Assembly (NCBI GenBank): GCA_963727705.1
Contig: CAVSHK010000042.1
Span: 7,552 to 71,551, forward strand
DNA from: an uncultured Bacteroidota bacterium
Lineage (GTDB): Bacteria; Bacteroidota; Bacteroidia; 2-12-FULL-35-15
Length of the DNA: 64,000 bases
Reading direction: 5' to 3'
Shown here: piece after piece, positions 19,392 to 30,369 of the stretch
Layout of the letters: each line of letters begins with the position of its first letter
Numbering within the stretch: position 1 is the first letter of the stretch
Translations under genes and position numbers: made by a program
The notes under the pieces: generated by a model
What the model saw: only the letters and a program-made list of their open reading frames with translations
The model's database searches: none
What the model was told of the DNA's origin: nothing

Positions 19392-19898
19392 ATGAACATA
19401 CTTACCATTAGTGGATCAGCCCAACGAGATTCGTCAAACGATAAACTCCTAAAGAGCTTTTCCAATCTGTTTAAACAACACCGCTTTACACATATTGGTG
19501 AATTGATGAATTTTCCATTATTCACTCCCGAAGGAGACAAACATCCTCCTGAAATTGTTTTGTCCTTCAAAGAAAAAATCCGAAATGCTGATTTGGTCAT
19601 TATATCCTTACCGGAATATATTCACAACATAACCGCTGTTTTAAAAAACGCTCTGGAGTGGATTACTTCTTCGGGTGAATTGTATGATAAAAAAGTAATT
19701 GCCATCACTTACACACCACAAGCCCCACGAGGCGAAAAGGCAATGCAATCGCTACTTTTTTCATTACAGGCATTGAGCGCAAAAGTAATAACCGAATTAC
19801 CTTTGTACAAATCGGAACTAACAATTACTAAAGATGGTAAGTTATTAGGAGAACCCTCTGTTGAAGCAATTAAAGCGGTGCTTGATTTTGTTGAATAA
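19392..19898 (+). CDS. NADPH-dependent FMN reductase
   Basis: ISGS...S.N, PEY.H.I..VLKNALEW; TAACTTTG -7 box at 19362-19369. Confidence 0.85.
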   Translation: MNILTISGSAQRDSSNDKLLKSFSNLFKQHRFTHIGELMNFPLFTPEGDKHPPEIVLSFKEKIRNADLVIISLPEYIHNITAVLKNALEWITSSGELYDKKVIAITYTPQAPRGEKAMQSLLFSLQALSAKVITELPLYKSELTITKDGKLLGEPSVEAIKAVLDFVE

Positions 19899-19947
19899 GT
19901 TCAAAAAATAAATATACAGTTACGCCGTTAAATTTTTTTCAAATAAA

Positions 19948-21213
19948 TTATCCCAAAAATTCTTCGATAGCATTATAAATGCAATTCAAATCTTCATTGC
20001 TGATGCAATACGGAGGCAGTATATACACAATGTTTCCAAGTGGACGAAGGATGATTCCTCTGGCAATAAAAAATTCGGAAATGTGTTCGGCAAGTGAATT
20101 CAGGTAATTGGTGTGTTCGTTTGTTTTTATTTCAAAGGCAATGATAGTACCCAATTGACGAACTTCAATTAATGATGGATGTGCTTGTATCTTTTGTAAA
20201 AACTGTTGGTGCTGTTGTACAATTCTGTTGATGTTTTCAGCTGTTTCGGGCAAATCAAAAATATCTAAACTGGCCAATGCTGCTGAACAGGCTGTGGGAT
20301 TAGCAGTATAGGAGTGTCCGTGAAAAAATGTTTTCAGTTTATCATCACTCAAAAATGCATCGTAAATAAATTGAGTGCAAGAAGTAACACCTAATGGCAT
20401 TACACCACCTGTCAATCCTTTACTCAAACAAATAATATCAGGCTTGTTTTTCAAATAATCACTTGCGAAAAACAGACCTGTACGCCCAAAGCCAGTCATT
20501 ACTTCGTCGGCAATGGTAATCACATTATTGGCTTTACAAAAAGCAATAAGTTCATCCAACACTTCCTTGGAATACATTACCATACCACCTGCGCCTTGCA
20601 CCAAAGGTTCAAAAACAAATGATGCTATACCGTTTTGTTGCAATGCAGCTTTCATTGCATTCATTGCTTCTGCTTCTTTACCTTTTACAGGAACGGGAAT
20701 ATGAATAACATCAAACAACAACTTAGCAAAAGGGTTGTTAAAGGCATTGCGTGCGCCCACGGACATGCCTCCAAACGTGTCGCCATGATAAGCATTTTCA
20801 AAGGCAATGACTTTTGTTTTGGGTAACTCTAAATTACTCCAATATTGGAAAGCCATTTTCAATGCCACTTCCACAGAAGTAGAACCGTTATCCGAATAAA
20901 ATATTTTCGATTGATTATCCGGCAATCGTTTTAATAAACGTTCGGCAAGTTGAACTGCGGGTTCATGGGTAAAGCCTGAAAATATAGCATGTTCAAGGGT
21001 TTGTAATTGTTCTGCTATTTTTTTTGCCAAGTACGGATGACTATGTCCGTGTACATTTACCCACCACGATGCAATGCCATCAATATAACGTTTGCCTTTA
21101 TCGTCGTAAAAATAAGTACCTTCTCCTTTTACAATAGCAATGGGTAAAGGAGCCGTTTTAAGTTGAGTAAACGGATGCCATATTACTTTGCTGTCTCTGT
21201 TTGATAAATCCAT
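19948..21213 (-). CDS. bioA: adenosylmethionine-8-amino-7-oxononanoate aminotransferase
   Basis: IWHPFTQ, SWWVN.HGH, YHGDTFG, DEVMTGFGRTG, SKGLTGG, HGHSYTANP. Confidence 0.95.
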   Translation of the reverse strand: MDLSNRDSKVIWHPFTQLKTAPLPIAIVKGEGTYFYDDKGKRYIDGIASWWVNVHGHSHPYLAKKIAEQLQTLEHAIFSGFTHEPAVQLAERLLKRLPDNQSKIFYSDNGSTSVEVALKMAFQYWSNLELPKTKVIAFENAYHGDTFGGMSVGARNAFNNPFAKLLFDVIHIPVPVKGKEAEAMNAMKAALQQNGIASFVFEPLVQGAGGMVMYSKEVLDELIAFCKANNVITIADEVMTGFGRTGLFFASDYLKNKPDIICLSKGLTGGVMPLGVTSCTQFIYDAFLSDDKLKTFFHGHSYTANPTACSAALASLDIFDLPETAENINRIVQQHQQFLQKIQAHPSLIEVRQLGTIIAFEIKTNEHTNYLNSLAEHISEFFIARGIILRPLGNIVYILPPYCISNEDLNCIYNAIEEFLG

Positions 21214-21214
21214 G

Positions 21215-21252
21215 AGCCTCACCCCTTGCCCCTCTCCTAAAAGAGAGAGGAG
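21215..21252. repeat. REP-like element
   Basis: AGCCTCACCCCTTGCCCCTCTCCTAAAAGAGAGAGGAG; sibling at 22411-22448. Confidence 0.7.
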
Positions 21253-21267
21253 TTAAGTATGTTTGTG

Positions 21268-22407
21268 TTAGTTGCTGAGTAATGTATTAATTGTTGTACA
21301 AAGTTGTTCTATTTCTTCTTTGGTATTAAACGCATGAATACAAATACGCAAACGCTCTTTACCAACAGGAACGGTAGGACTTACAATGGGTCTTACGTCA
21401 AAACCGGCTTGCTGAATTTGTAATGCTATGTTTTTAACGGCGTCGTTACCGCTAATTATTATTGATTGTATAGGACTCTTATTTTCTAAAGTCACCAGTT
21501 TTTTATTAATTGCCACATGTGTTTTAAAATGTGCGATTAGTTCATGTAGTTTTTTTATTTGTGCATCGCTGTTATGCAATAGCTCATAGGCTTGGTGAAT
21601 GGCAATTAAGTTTTTAAGCGGTAATGCCGTAGTGTAAATAAACGAACGTGAAAAGTTGATTAAGAAATTACGCAGTAACTCACTTCCAAGCACAATGGCA
21701 CCGTGGCAACCAAGACCTTTACCAAAGGTGTGTACTCGCGCAAAAACTTTATCTTCTATATTTAACTCCTGCACTTTGCCTTTACCACCATTAATGGTGA
21801 CTCCTGTTGCATGAGCTTCATCCACAATTAAGTTGGCGTTATATTTAACACATATATCCGCTATTTCTTTCAGATGTGCGCTTTCTCCATCCATTGAATA
21901 GATGGATTCTACAGCCACATAAACAATTCCTGATGTGTTTTTTAGTTTAGTTTCTAAATCAACAACATCATTATGATTAAAGGAAATTGTTTCTGCCGTT
22001 GACATTTTCATTCCATCGTGTACCGATGCGTGTATCAACTCATCATACAGCATGGTGTGCCCTTTACGCGCTAATGCTGAAAACAAACCCACATTGGCAT
22101 CGTAGCCCGAATTAAAAATCAATCCCGCAGAAGCGTTATGAATGAGTGTTATCTTCTTTTCAAGATATTCAACATACTCAGAATTGCCCGACAATAAACG
22201 CGAACCGCCAGAGCCATTTTTTGATTGTGTATGTAAATCAAATTCTTTGTTGATGTTGTTCTTTAGTTCTTCCGAACGCGCAAACCCCAAATAATCATTA
22301 CTGCAAAAATCAATGAGGTTAGCATTGTTCGTCAGCTTACGAAAGGTGTTTTGTTCCTTACGTTTATGAAGAGCTTCTGTTAAAAATGTATCTGCAGAGA
22401 ATGTCAT
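21268..22407 (-). CDS. bioF: 8-amino-7-oxononanoate synthase
   Basis: FCSNDYLG, GSGGSRLLSG, HAS..DG, ES.YSMDG, VDEAHATG, TFGK. Confidence 0.93.
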   Translation of the reverse strand: MTFSADTFLTEALHKRKEQNTFRKLTNNANLIDFCSNDYLGFARSEELKNNINKEFDLHTQSKNGSGGSRLLSGNSEYVEYLEKKITLIHNASAGLIFNSGYDANVGLFSALARKGHTMLYDELIHASVHDGMKMSTAETISFNHNDVVDLETKLKNTSGIVYVAVESIYSMDGESAHLKEIADICVKYNANLIVDEAHATGVTINGGKGKVQELNIEDKVFARVHTFGKGLGCHGAIVLGSELLRNFLINFSRSFIYTTALPLKNLIAIHQAYELLHNSDAQIKKLHELIAHFKTHVAINKKLVTLENKSPIQSIIISGNDAVKNIALQIQQAGFDVRPIVSPTVPVGKERLRICIHAFNTKEEIEQLCTTINTLLSN

Positions 22408-22410
22408 ATA

Positions 22411-22448
22411 AGCCTCACTCCCTTCCCATCTCCAAAGGAGATGGGGAG
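22411..22448. repeat. REP-like element
   Basis: AGCCTCACTCCCTTCCCATCTCCAAAGGAGATGGGGAG. Confidence 0.7.
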
Positions 22449-22458
22449 AGCTCTGTAA

Positions 22459-23526
22459 TTAATAAGTTTGTAAATTCAATTTTTTTGATAACGCTACTGC
22501 CTGATGAAGTTTTTGTTGCAATAGTTTTTTGCTAGGCAGTTCAGTTAAATACTTGGCGACTTTAATTCCTGAGTTATTCAATTCAAGCAATTCAATTTGT
22601 TCGTTATTTCCTTCGGCACACAATATTAAACCTATTGGAAGTTCTTCGCCACGCTGCATTTCATTTTTCTCTAACCAGCGTAAGTATAGTTCCATCTGGG
22701 ATTTGTAGGATGCTTTGAACTTTCCTAATTTTAATTCTATTGCAACGAGCCGTTTTAATGTACGATAAAAAAAGCGCAAATCTAATTTAAAGTCTTCTCC
22801 ATCAATTGTCATTCGCTTTTGTCGCGCTACAAACGTAAATCCTTGTCCTAATTCTAAAACAAAACTTTCAAGTTCGTTTAATATAGCGTCTTCTAAGTGT
22901 TTTTCACTATATGTGTCTTTTAGTCCTAAAAAGTCAAGAATGTAAGGATCTCTAAAAACTAAATCGGGCGTTATATCACTTTCCCTAAGTTGTTTTAACT
23001 CTTGTTTAATGAGTTGTTTTGGCTTTTTACTAATAGCAGTACGCTCATACAACATGCCATCTATTTTCTGGCGTAATGTTCTCACACTCCAGTTTTCAAC
23101 TCTACACATTTCTGCGTAAAACTCTCGCTGTAAGGGCTCTTTAAGAGGAAGTAGTAACGTAAAGTGAGTCCAGCTTAATTGTCGCATCAGTGATGCGACA
23201 ATTCGTTCATTTGAAAAAACACTTGCAAATTGCATCATACGGCGGGTGTTTTTTTCCTCAAATCCTTTACCGTATGAGGTTTGTAATTGTCGCGTCACTG
23301 ATGCGACAATTTGCTCTCCGTATTGAGATCGTTTATATTTAAGAATATCAGCGTTAATTCTTTTGCCTATTTTCCAATATAAAAGGGTTAAAGTTGAACT
23401 AACAGTTTGCGCTACCTGATTTTTACTCTCTTCAATTAAAACTTTAATATCACTAAAAAGAAGCTTTTCTACAGCTTTTTTTTTAGGAGCTAGAATCATT
23501 TTGTTGTTTGGGGCTAACTTTACCAT
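22459..23526 (-). CDS. YhcG / DUF1016 PD-(D/E)XK nuclease domain protein
   Basis: LLYWKIG, LSWTHF, REFY......WSVRTL, RDPYILDFLGL, LELG.GF.FVARQ, AIELK.G.F, PIGLILC; the start may be 23499. Confidence 0.92.
   Translation of the reverse strand: MVKLAPNNKMILAPKKKAVEKLLFSDIKVLIEESKNQVAQTVSSTLTLLYWKIGKRINADILKYKRSQYGEQIVASVTRQLQTSYGKGFEEKNTRRMMQFASVFSNERIVASLMRQLSWTHFTLLLPLKEPLQREFYAEMCRVENWSVRTLRQKIDGMLYERTAISKKPKQLIKQELKQLRESDITPDLVFRDPYILDFLGLKDTYSEKHLEDAILNELESFVLELGQGFTFVARQKRMTIDGEDFKLDLRFFYRTLKRLVAIELKLGKFKASYKSQMELYLRWLEKNEMQRGEELPIGLILCAEGNNEQIELLELNNSGIKVAKYLTELPSKKLLQQKLHQAVALSKKLNLQTY
23177..23311. repeat. two 27-bp near-perfect palindromes inside the yhcG-like CDS
   Basis: AATTGTCGCATCA-G-TGATGCGACAATT (23177-23203) and AATTGTCGCGTCA-C-TGATGCGACAATT (23285-23311), 108-bp spacing. 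Confidence 0.9.
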
Positions 23527-23530
23527 TTAA

Positions 23531-24538
23531 TCAGGCTTTAACCTCAGCAATCTTTTCTTTCACTTCAGGTTGAGTTGTTCCTTTAAAAGGTTTACGAGGT
23601 GTTAATCCGAAAATTTTGAACATTTCCATATCCGAATTAAAATCAGGATTTGGAGTGGTTAACAATTTATCTCCGGCAAATATGGAGTTGGCTCCGGCAA
23701 GGAAACAAAGTGCCTGACCTTCTAAACTCATTTGCGTACGTCCCGCAGAAAGACGAACTACGGTTTTAGGTATTACAATGCGTGTGGTTGCAATCATTCG
23801 CACCATGTCCCAAATAGGCACCATTGGTTGATTTTCTAAAGGTGTACCGGCAACAGCAACCAATGCATTTATCGGAACCGACTCAGGATGCACTTCCATT
23901 GAAGACAATGTTTTTAACATTTTTACGCGGTCTTCAACAGTTTCGCCTAACCCAATAATTCCGCCAGAACATACGCTTACTTTTGCTTTACGCACATTGC
24001 TGATGGTATCCAAACGGTCGTCATACGAACGAGTTGTGATGATTTTTTTATAGCTTTCTTCTGATGTATCTAAGTTATGATTGTATGCATACAATCCTGC
24101 ATCCGCCAGTTTTTGTGCCTGACTTTCGGTGAGCATACCCAATGTACAGCATACTTCCATGCCTTTTTCATTTACTCCTTTTACCATTTCTAACACACGG
24201 TCAAAGTCCCTGTTGTCACGTACTTCTCTCCATGCTGCACCCATACATAAGCGTGATGCTCCACCCTCTTTTGCTTTGTCGGCAGCTTCCATCACTTCAT
24301 TTACGGTCATTAATTTATGTACTTCAACACCTGTGTTGTAACGTGCTGCTTGAGGGCAATAACCGCAATCTTCAGCGCAACCTCCTGTTTTAATTGAAAG
24401 TAATGAACTTACCTGCACCTCATTGGCATCGTTAAATTCACGATGAATGGTTTGTGCCTGATATACCAGTTCCAACAAAGGCATATTGTATATATCAAGT
24501 ATTTCTTGAACTGTCCAGTCATGTCTGATTTTTGTCAT
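23531..24538 (-). CDS. bioB: biotin synthase
   Basis: [14 protein letters not shown] radical SAM motif, [33 protein letters not shown]; -7 box TATCTTTG at 24566-24573 (minus). Confidence 0.97.
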   Translation of the reverse strand: MTKIRHDWTVQEILDIYNMPLLELVYQAQTIHREFNDANEVQVSSLLSIKTGGCAEDCGYCPQAARYNTGVEVHKLMTVNEVMEAADKAKEGGASRLCMGAAWREVRDNRDFDRVLEMVKGVNEKGMEVCCTLGMLTESQAQKLADAGLYAYNHNLDTSEESYKKIITTRSYDDRLDTISNVRKAKVSVCSGGIIGLGETVEDRVKMLKTLSSMEVHPESVPINALVAVAGTPLENQPMVPIWDMVRMIATTRIVIPKTVVRLSAGRTQMSLEGQALCFLAGANSIFAGDKLLTTPNPDFNSDMEMFKIFGLTPRKPFKGTTQPEVKEKIAEVKA

Positions 24539-24794
24539 AGTTATCTGTTTTTTTCAATTGATTCGCAAAGATAAACTATTAAATAGTACAGGCAATCGAA
24601 TTGAATATTAATTGGTTTATTTTTTACAGCTCTTTTCACTTTAAATTAGGTTTTACTTTCAACAAATGATATAAAAACAATTATTTTTGAAAGAATATTT
24701 GTTTTATATTGCAATTACTTAATTTCGCCGCATAAAACAATATACTGAATCCTATTTTAAATCAAGTTGTTTCCTATTAATAAAAAATTGTCCG

Positions 24795-25481
24795 ATGAAA
24801 AACACCAAACTGAAAGTTACCATTTTTTATACTGTGTTTATAGTCTTTTGCGGTTATTCCCAAGACTCAATAAGCAATCAACAAGCCTTTGCCAATCAAG
24901 CACCAATAAAAACTTCAGGATTATTAATAGAGATCAACCAACAACCTATCTCCATTTTAAGCCAAAGCAAATACAATATCTTAGTTAATGGAATGCCGTA
25001 TTACTTTGCAAAAAAAAGTTATTTCCATTTCCTTACCGCTTTCCGTCTTTATGACAACCAAAATAGAAAGCAAGCACTTGCAGTTAAAAACCATTATTAC
25101 AGATGGATGAACCGTTATAAAATTGTTCGCTCAGATAATACTGAAATAGAATGGGAAACGGTGGAACTGATTAAAAGACATCATAGATGTGTCGTGAATA
25201 ATGATACTTATGATATTTATGGTCATAAGGAAAGGAAATTTTCCATTTACAAAAATAATGTTCAAATAGCATGGTGGGATAAAAACATGGTGTCATTTTT
25301 TGCAGGAGATCAGTACAAAATAATTGCTAATAGTGATTGTGATAAGGAATTGATTACAACCTTTTGTTTAATAATAGATCAGTTTAAGGATGACAATAAA
25401 AAAGGTGAGCTAAACTTAGATATAGGTAATTTAATTTTACCTGAAGCAAGACCATTCAATCCTGCGTGGCAACCAAAATAA
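24795..25481 (+). CDS. exported hypothetical protein, possible LURP-one/scramblase-like beta domain
   Basis: N-terminal signal-like segment; beta-rich body ending in a buried-helix-like ITTFCLIID. Confidence 0.5.
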   Translation: MKNTKLKVTIFYTVFIVFCGYSQDSISNQQAFANQAPIKTSGLLIEINQQPISILSQSKYNILVNGMPYYFAKKSYFHFLTAFRLYDNQNRKQALAVKNHYYRWMNRYKIVRSDNTEIEWETVELIKRHHRCVVNNDTYDIYGHKERKFSIYKNNVQIAWWDKNMVSFFAGDQYKIIANSDCDKELITTFCLIIDQFKDDNKKGELNLDIGNLILPEARPFNPAWQPK

Positions 25482-25533
25482 GTCACATAACAATATGTTT
25501 TAATGCGCAGCAAAAATCAATATCTTTGCAACT

Positions 25534-26208
25534 ATGCGTATAGATATTATTACGGTTTTACCACAGTTGCTAGAAAGTCCTTTCCAGCATAGTATTTTAA
25601 AGCGAGCCATTGACAAAGGCATTGTTGAGGTTAATTTAATTAATCTTCGTGATTATTCCACTCATAAACAAAAAAGTGTTGATGATTATGCTTTTGGCGG
25701 AGGAGCAGGTATGGTAATGACCATTGAGCCAATTGCAAATTGTATCAATGCCTTGAAGGCCGAACGTACCTATGATGAAATTATATATACCAGTCCGGAT
25801 GGTAAAACGCTGAACCAACAAATGGCAAATGGATTATCCACCCTAAAAAATATTATTATCCTTTGCGGACATTATAAAGGCGTTGATGAACGTGTACGCG
25901 AACATTTTATCACCAAAGAAATTTCTATTGGCGATTATGTACTTTCGGGTGGAGAGTTAGCTGCTGCTGTTATATGCGATAGCATTATCAGAATTATACC
26001 GGGTGCCATTTCTGATGAAACATCTGCATTAACAGATTCTTTTCAGGATAATTTGTTGGCTCCTCCGGTTTACACTCGCCCTGCGGAATACAACGGATGG
26101 AAGGTTCCTGATATTTTACTTTCAGGACATACTCAAAAAATTGATGATTGGAGACACGAAAAAAGTATTGAGCGCACCAAACAACGCCGACCGGATTTGT
26201 TGAAATAA
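25534..26208 (+). CDS. trmD: tRNA (guanine37-N1)-methyltransferase
   Basis: [38 protein letters not shown]; -7 box TATCTTTG at 25521-25528. Confidence 0.97.
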   Translation: MRIDIITVLPQLLESPFQHSILKRAIDKGIVEVNLINLRDYSTHKQKSVDDYAFGGGAGMVMTIEPIANCINALKAERTYDEIIYTSPDGKTLNQQMANGLSTLKNIIILCGHYKGVDERVREHFITKEISIGDYVLSGGELAAAVICDSIIRIIPGAISDETSALTDSFQDNLLAPPVYTRPAEYNGWKVPDILLSGHTQKIDDWRHEKSIERTKQRRPDLLK

Positions 26209-26229
26209 AATAGTTTAAAGCGCTTAACA

Positions 26230-28176
26230 ATGAAGGAAATAGTAAGAAACAAAAAACAAGCTTCCGGCAATTCTTCTGTTAATAATACGAAATCATTCTT
26301 TCTTTATTCTACTCTCATTATTTCAATTTTAACCATCGGTATTTATTACAAATCATTGAACAATAAATTTGTTACCCAGTGGGACGACAATGGTTATATC
26401 ACTGCAAACAAAGCCATAGCAGCTACTGATTCAACAAAACACATTGACATCAAAAATATTTTTACCGAGTTCGTCGCCGGCAATTATCACCCACTTACCA
26501 TGCTCTCATTTAATCTGGAGTATCGACTATTCAAACTCAATCCAAAACCTTATCATATTACCAACCTGCTTGTACATATTTTAAATTCCTTACTGGTAAT
26601 GTATTTTGTTTGGCTACTTACTAAACAGCAATGGGTGGCATTTGCAACGGCTTTACTGTTTGCAATACATCCTATGCATGTGGAATCGGTAGTCTGGGTA
26701 TCGGAACGAAAAGATGTGCTTTATACCTTTTTTTATTTAGCGGCATTATGCGCATATCTAAAATATATTGAAGAGCAAAATAAAAGCAAACTTTACTATC
26801 TTTTAACAATCGTTTTGTTTGCATGTTCATGCTTGGCAAAGGCAATGGCGATTTCCCTATTTCCTGTTTTATTTCTTATTGATTTTTACATGGGCAGGAA
26901 AATTTCCATAAAAACACTACTTGAAAAAACACCCTTTTTAGTAATAGCAATAAGCATTGGAGTAGTGGCGATTTTGGCTCAACAATCTGTACAGGCATTA
27001 AACATTATAAACTACAGTTATTTCCATCGCATATTATTTTCAAGCTATGGTTTGTTAATCTATATTTTAAAATTATTTATACCCATTAATTTGGTAGTGC
27101 TTTATCATTACCCTATTAAAATAAATGACCACTATTCGGCTATCATTTACTTTTCTCCTGTTATTGTGTGTAGCTTGTTGTTATTGATTTATTATTTTAA
27201 GTCGTTTCGCAAACAACTTATTTTTGGATTGGGATTTTTCATTGCCACTATCCTATTGGTTTTACAATTGTTTCCTGTAGGAGGTTCATTAATTTTCGAA
27301 CGCTATTCATACGTTCCATACATAGGCTTGTTTTTTATAGTAGCAAACGCGGGCTACACTATTTTAAATGACAACAACCCTAAAAATGTTTTGATAAAAA
27401 AAACAATCGTTCCTGTATTCATTATTGCAATTGGTGTTTATAGTTATTTAAGTTTTAAACGAACAATGGTTTGGCGCGATAATATAAGTTTGTTCACCGA
27501 TTTTATTGAAAAAACAAATGGAAAAATGTCCGAACCTTTTCATACCAGAGGCAGTGCTTACGCCGAGATTAAAAATTACCCAAAAGCCATTGCTGATTTT
27601 GACATGGCTTTACAGCTAGCTCCTACAGCTACTCAAATTTATTTTGAACGAGGAATGGCACACGGGTATCTTGGCAATTACTCAACTGCCATTAACGACT
27701 TTACAAGCGCCTTAACATACGATGCTAAAATGGTTGATGCGTATTATAACAGAGGTAATTCGTATTTCAACACCCAACAATACAATACTGCTATTAATGA
27801 TTTTAGTGAGGCTATAAAACTAAATTCCAATGAAAAAAACTTTTACATCAACAGAGGTTTAGCTTATGCAAGCGTAAACGATTTTGGAAAAGCTATTAAC
27901 GATTATCAAAAAGCCATTGTATTAAAAAAAGATGATGCCGATATTTATTGTAAACTAGGAATAGCCTATTACAATTTGGGGAATTATGATGATGCAATTA
28001 TTGCGTACAATAATTCTATAAGGCTTAATCCTTCAATAGGATTTGTTTATTACAACAGAGCCATTACCTATTACAATAAAAAAGAATACAAACTAGCTTT
28101 GCAAGATGCCTTAAAAGCAAAGAAGATAAATTACCCTGTTGGGGAGGATTTAATACAAGTGTTACAAAACGATTAA
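26230..28176 (+). CDS. membrane GT-C glycosyltransferase-like protein with C-terminal TPRs (TMTC-like)
   Basis: WDD..YI, YHPLT.LS, HPMHVESV.WVSERKD, ERY.Y.P, multiple TM helices, then YYNRG-type TPRs. Confidence 0.8.
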   Translation: MKEIVRNKKQASGNSSVNNTKSFFLYSTLIISILTIGIYYKSLNNKFVTQWDDNGYITANKAIAATDSTKHIDIKNIFTEFVAGNYHPLTMLSFNLEYRLFKLNPKPYHITNLLVHILNSLLVMYFVWLLTKQQWVAFATALLFAIHPMHVESVVWVSERKDVLYTFFYLAALCAYLKYIEEQNKSKLYYLLTIVLFACSCLAKAMAISLFPVLFLIDFYMGRKISIKTLLEKTPFLVIAISIGVVAILAQQSVQALNIINYSYFHRILFSSYGLLIYILKLFIPINLVVLYHYPIKINDHYSAIIYFSPVIVCSLLLLIYYFKSFRKQLIFGLGFFIATILLVLQLFPVGGSLIFERYSYVPYIGLFFIVANAGYTILNDNNPKNVLIKKTIVPVFIIAIGVYSYLSFKRTMVWRDNISLFTDFIEKTNGKMSEPFHTRGSAYAEIKNYPKAIADFDMALQLAPTATQIYFERGMAHGYLGNYSTAINDFTSALTYDAKMVDAYYNRGNSYFNTQQYNTAINDFSEAIKLNSNEKNFYINRGLAYASVNDFGKAINDYQKAIVLKKDDADIYCKLGIAYYNLGNYDDAIIAYNNSIRLNPSIGFVYYNRAITYYNKKEYKLALQDALKAKKINYPVGEDLIQVLQND

Positions 28177-28200
28177 GGAATTTTTTCTTTTAAAAACGCC

Positions 28201-30250
28201 ATGAGTAAAACAATTAACTCTTCTGCTAAAGCAAAAACAAATCACTCATCACGATTACCAATTCAGCGTTTTTTTATTTTATCTACGCTTATTATAACAC
28301 TTATTACAACTGCCATTTATTACAAGTCGTTAAACAATCAATTCACCCGGTGGGATGATGACCTGTACGTTACCGATAACGCTGATATTACAACATTATC
28401 AACAGATGTTACCGGTACATTAAAAAAAACATTTACCAGTTATGTGAACGGGAATTATCACCCCATTACTATGCTTAGCTTTTGTGTGGAGTATGCTACG
28501 TTTAAACTTGAACCTAAACCATATCACAGTGTTAATCTGATATTGCACATTTTAAATAGTTTATTGGTGTTGTTATTTATATGGCTGCTCACACGACAGC
28601 AATGGGTAGCGTTTATAACAGCATTATTATTTGCGATTCATCCCATGCATGTGGAGTCGGTAGCCTGGGTTTCGGAACGAAAAGATTTATTGTATGCATT
28701 CTTTTTTATTTCGGCGCTATGTGCTTATTTGATGTATTTAAAAACAGACAGAAACAAAATACTGCTTTACATCCTCACCTTTCTGCTTTTCGTTTTGTCA
28801 TGTCTGTCAAAGGCAATGGCGGTATGCTTACCCATTGTGTTATTTCTTATTGATTACTATAATGACAGAAAACTTTCAAAGAAAACAATTCTTGAAAAAG
28901 TTCCTTTCCTAATTGTAGCATTAATACTCGGTATTGTAGCTATACAGGCACAAAAAGCTGTAGGAGCAATAGAATCCTGATATGAATTACAATTTTTTTG
29001 ACAGAATATTATTCAGTTGTTACGGACTTGTAATGTATATCTGGAAATTGTTTGTTCCCCTGCATAACTCTTGTTTTTATAATTATCCGGTGAAACAAAA
29101 CGGACATTATCCTTTTGTTTTTTACGTTGCTCCTTTTATTGTTGCAGCTATTGTTTATGCCATTTTAAAAGTTAAACAACACAAAAAAGAAATCATTTTT
29201 GCGTTTGGGTTCTTCATTATTACTGTTGTATTGGTGTTGCAACTACTTCCTGTAGGTGCTGCTATTATTGCGGAGCGATATACCTATTTACCTTACATTG
29301 GTATATTCTTTTTCCTCGCACTTGGGTTTAACAAACTTATCGAAACAAAAAAAGAAGTATTAAATTTATTTATTGCCAGTCTTGCTTTAATTATAATCGC
29401 ATTAAGTGTACTGTCATACAAAGCAAGCATGTTATGGAAAGACGGACTCACCTTATTGAGTCATGCGTCTGAATCAGAAAACTATGACGTGTGTGGCTTG
29501 CATCATAAAAATTTAGCAATTGCTTATTTCTACAACGGGCAATATGAAAAGGCGATAGAGCATTATTCCAGCGCTATTACTAAAACAAAAGACAATGCAA
29601 GTTTATATGGTGACAGAGGTGTTAGCTTTTATAAAATGGGGGAACGGGAAAAAGCAATTGACGATTTAACTTATGCTATAAAAAAGGACAGTACTGATTT
29701 AAATGCCTACCATTACAGAGGCGTAGCTTATTTTGAACTGAACAAATATCCCGAAGCCATACATGATTTAAGCAAAGCTATTGAACTTAATCCCGCATTT
29801 GTTGACCATTTTTATATGCGAGGTTTAGCCTATTACATTATTGGTAATTATACCGAAGGGTTGAAAGATTACGATTATCTGGTCAATAAAAACAGCGTGA
29901 GTACTGAAGTTTACAATAACAGAGGATTGATTCATCTTAAAATGAAACAGTACGATTTAGCATTAATTGATTTTGAAAATGCTATTAAATACAACATTAA
30001 AAACAGCAATGCGTATTTTAATAAAGGATTGGCGTACGATGAAACAGGTAAGATAAATGAGGCGATTGACAGCTATACCAAAGCAATAGCATACAATCCT
30101 AGTTATTTATATTCATATAAAAACAGAGGGGCCGATTATATAAAATTAAAGCAGTACAAATTGGCGTTAGCAGATGTTTTAAAAACACAAGAGCTGGGAC
30201 TTAATGTTGACGCAGGTTTTGTAGAAATGCTGAAACAAAACAGTAACTAG
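28201..30250 (+). CDS. second TMTC-like GT-C/TPR paralog, split by a +1 frameshift near 28978
   Basis: Same motifs (WDD, YHPIT, HPMHVESVAWVSERKD, AERYTY); ORFs 28201-28980 and 28982-30250 join if one base is removed. Confidence 0.78.
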
Positions 30251-30360
30251 TGCTATGTTAAATTTGTTTTGTCATACTTGTTCATTCCGAACTTGATTTG
30301 GAATCTTTTAAAACGCTGAATCAAGTTCAGCATGACTATCATTTTACATTTAACATAACA
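30251..30360. repeat. MITE-like unit containing a REP pair
   Basis: Ends TGCTATGTTAAAT / ATTTAACATAACA (12/13 inverted match); internal TCATTCCGAACTTGATTTGGAATC and GCTGAATCAAGTTCAGCATGAC. Confidence 0.5.
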
Positions 30361-30369
30361 AAAAAAATA

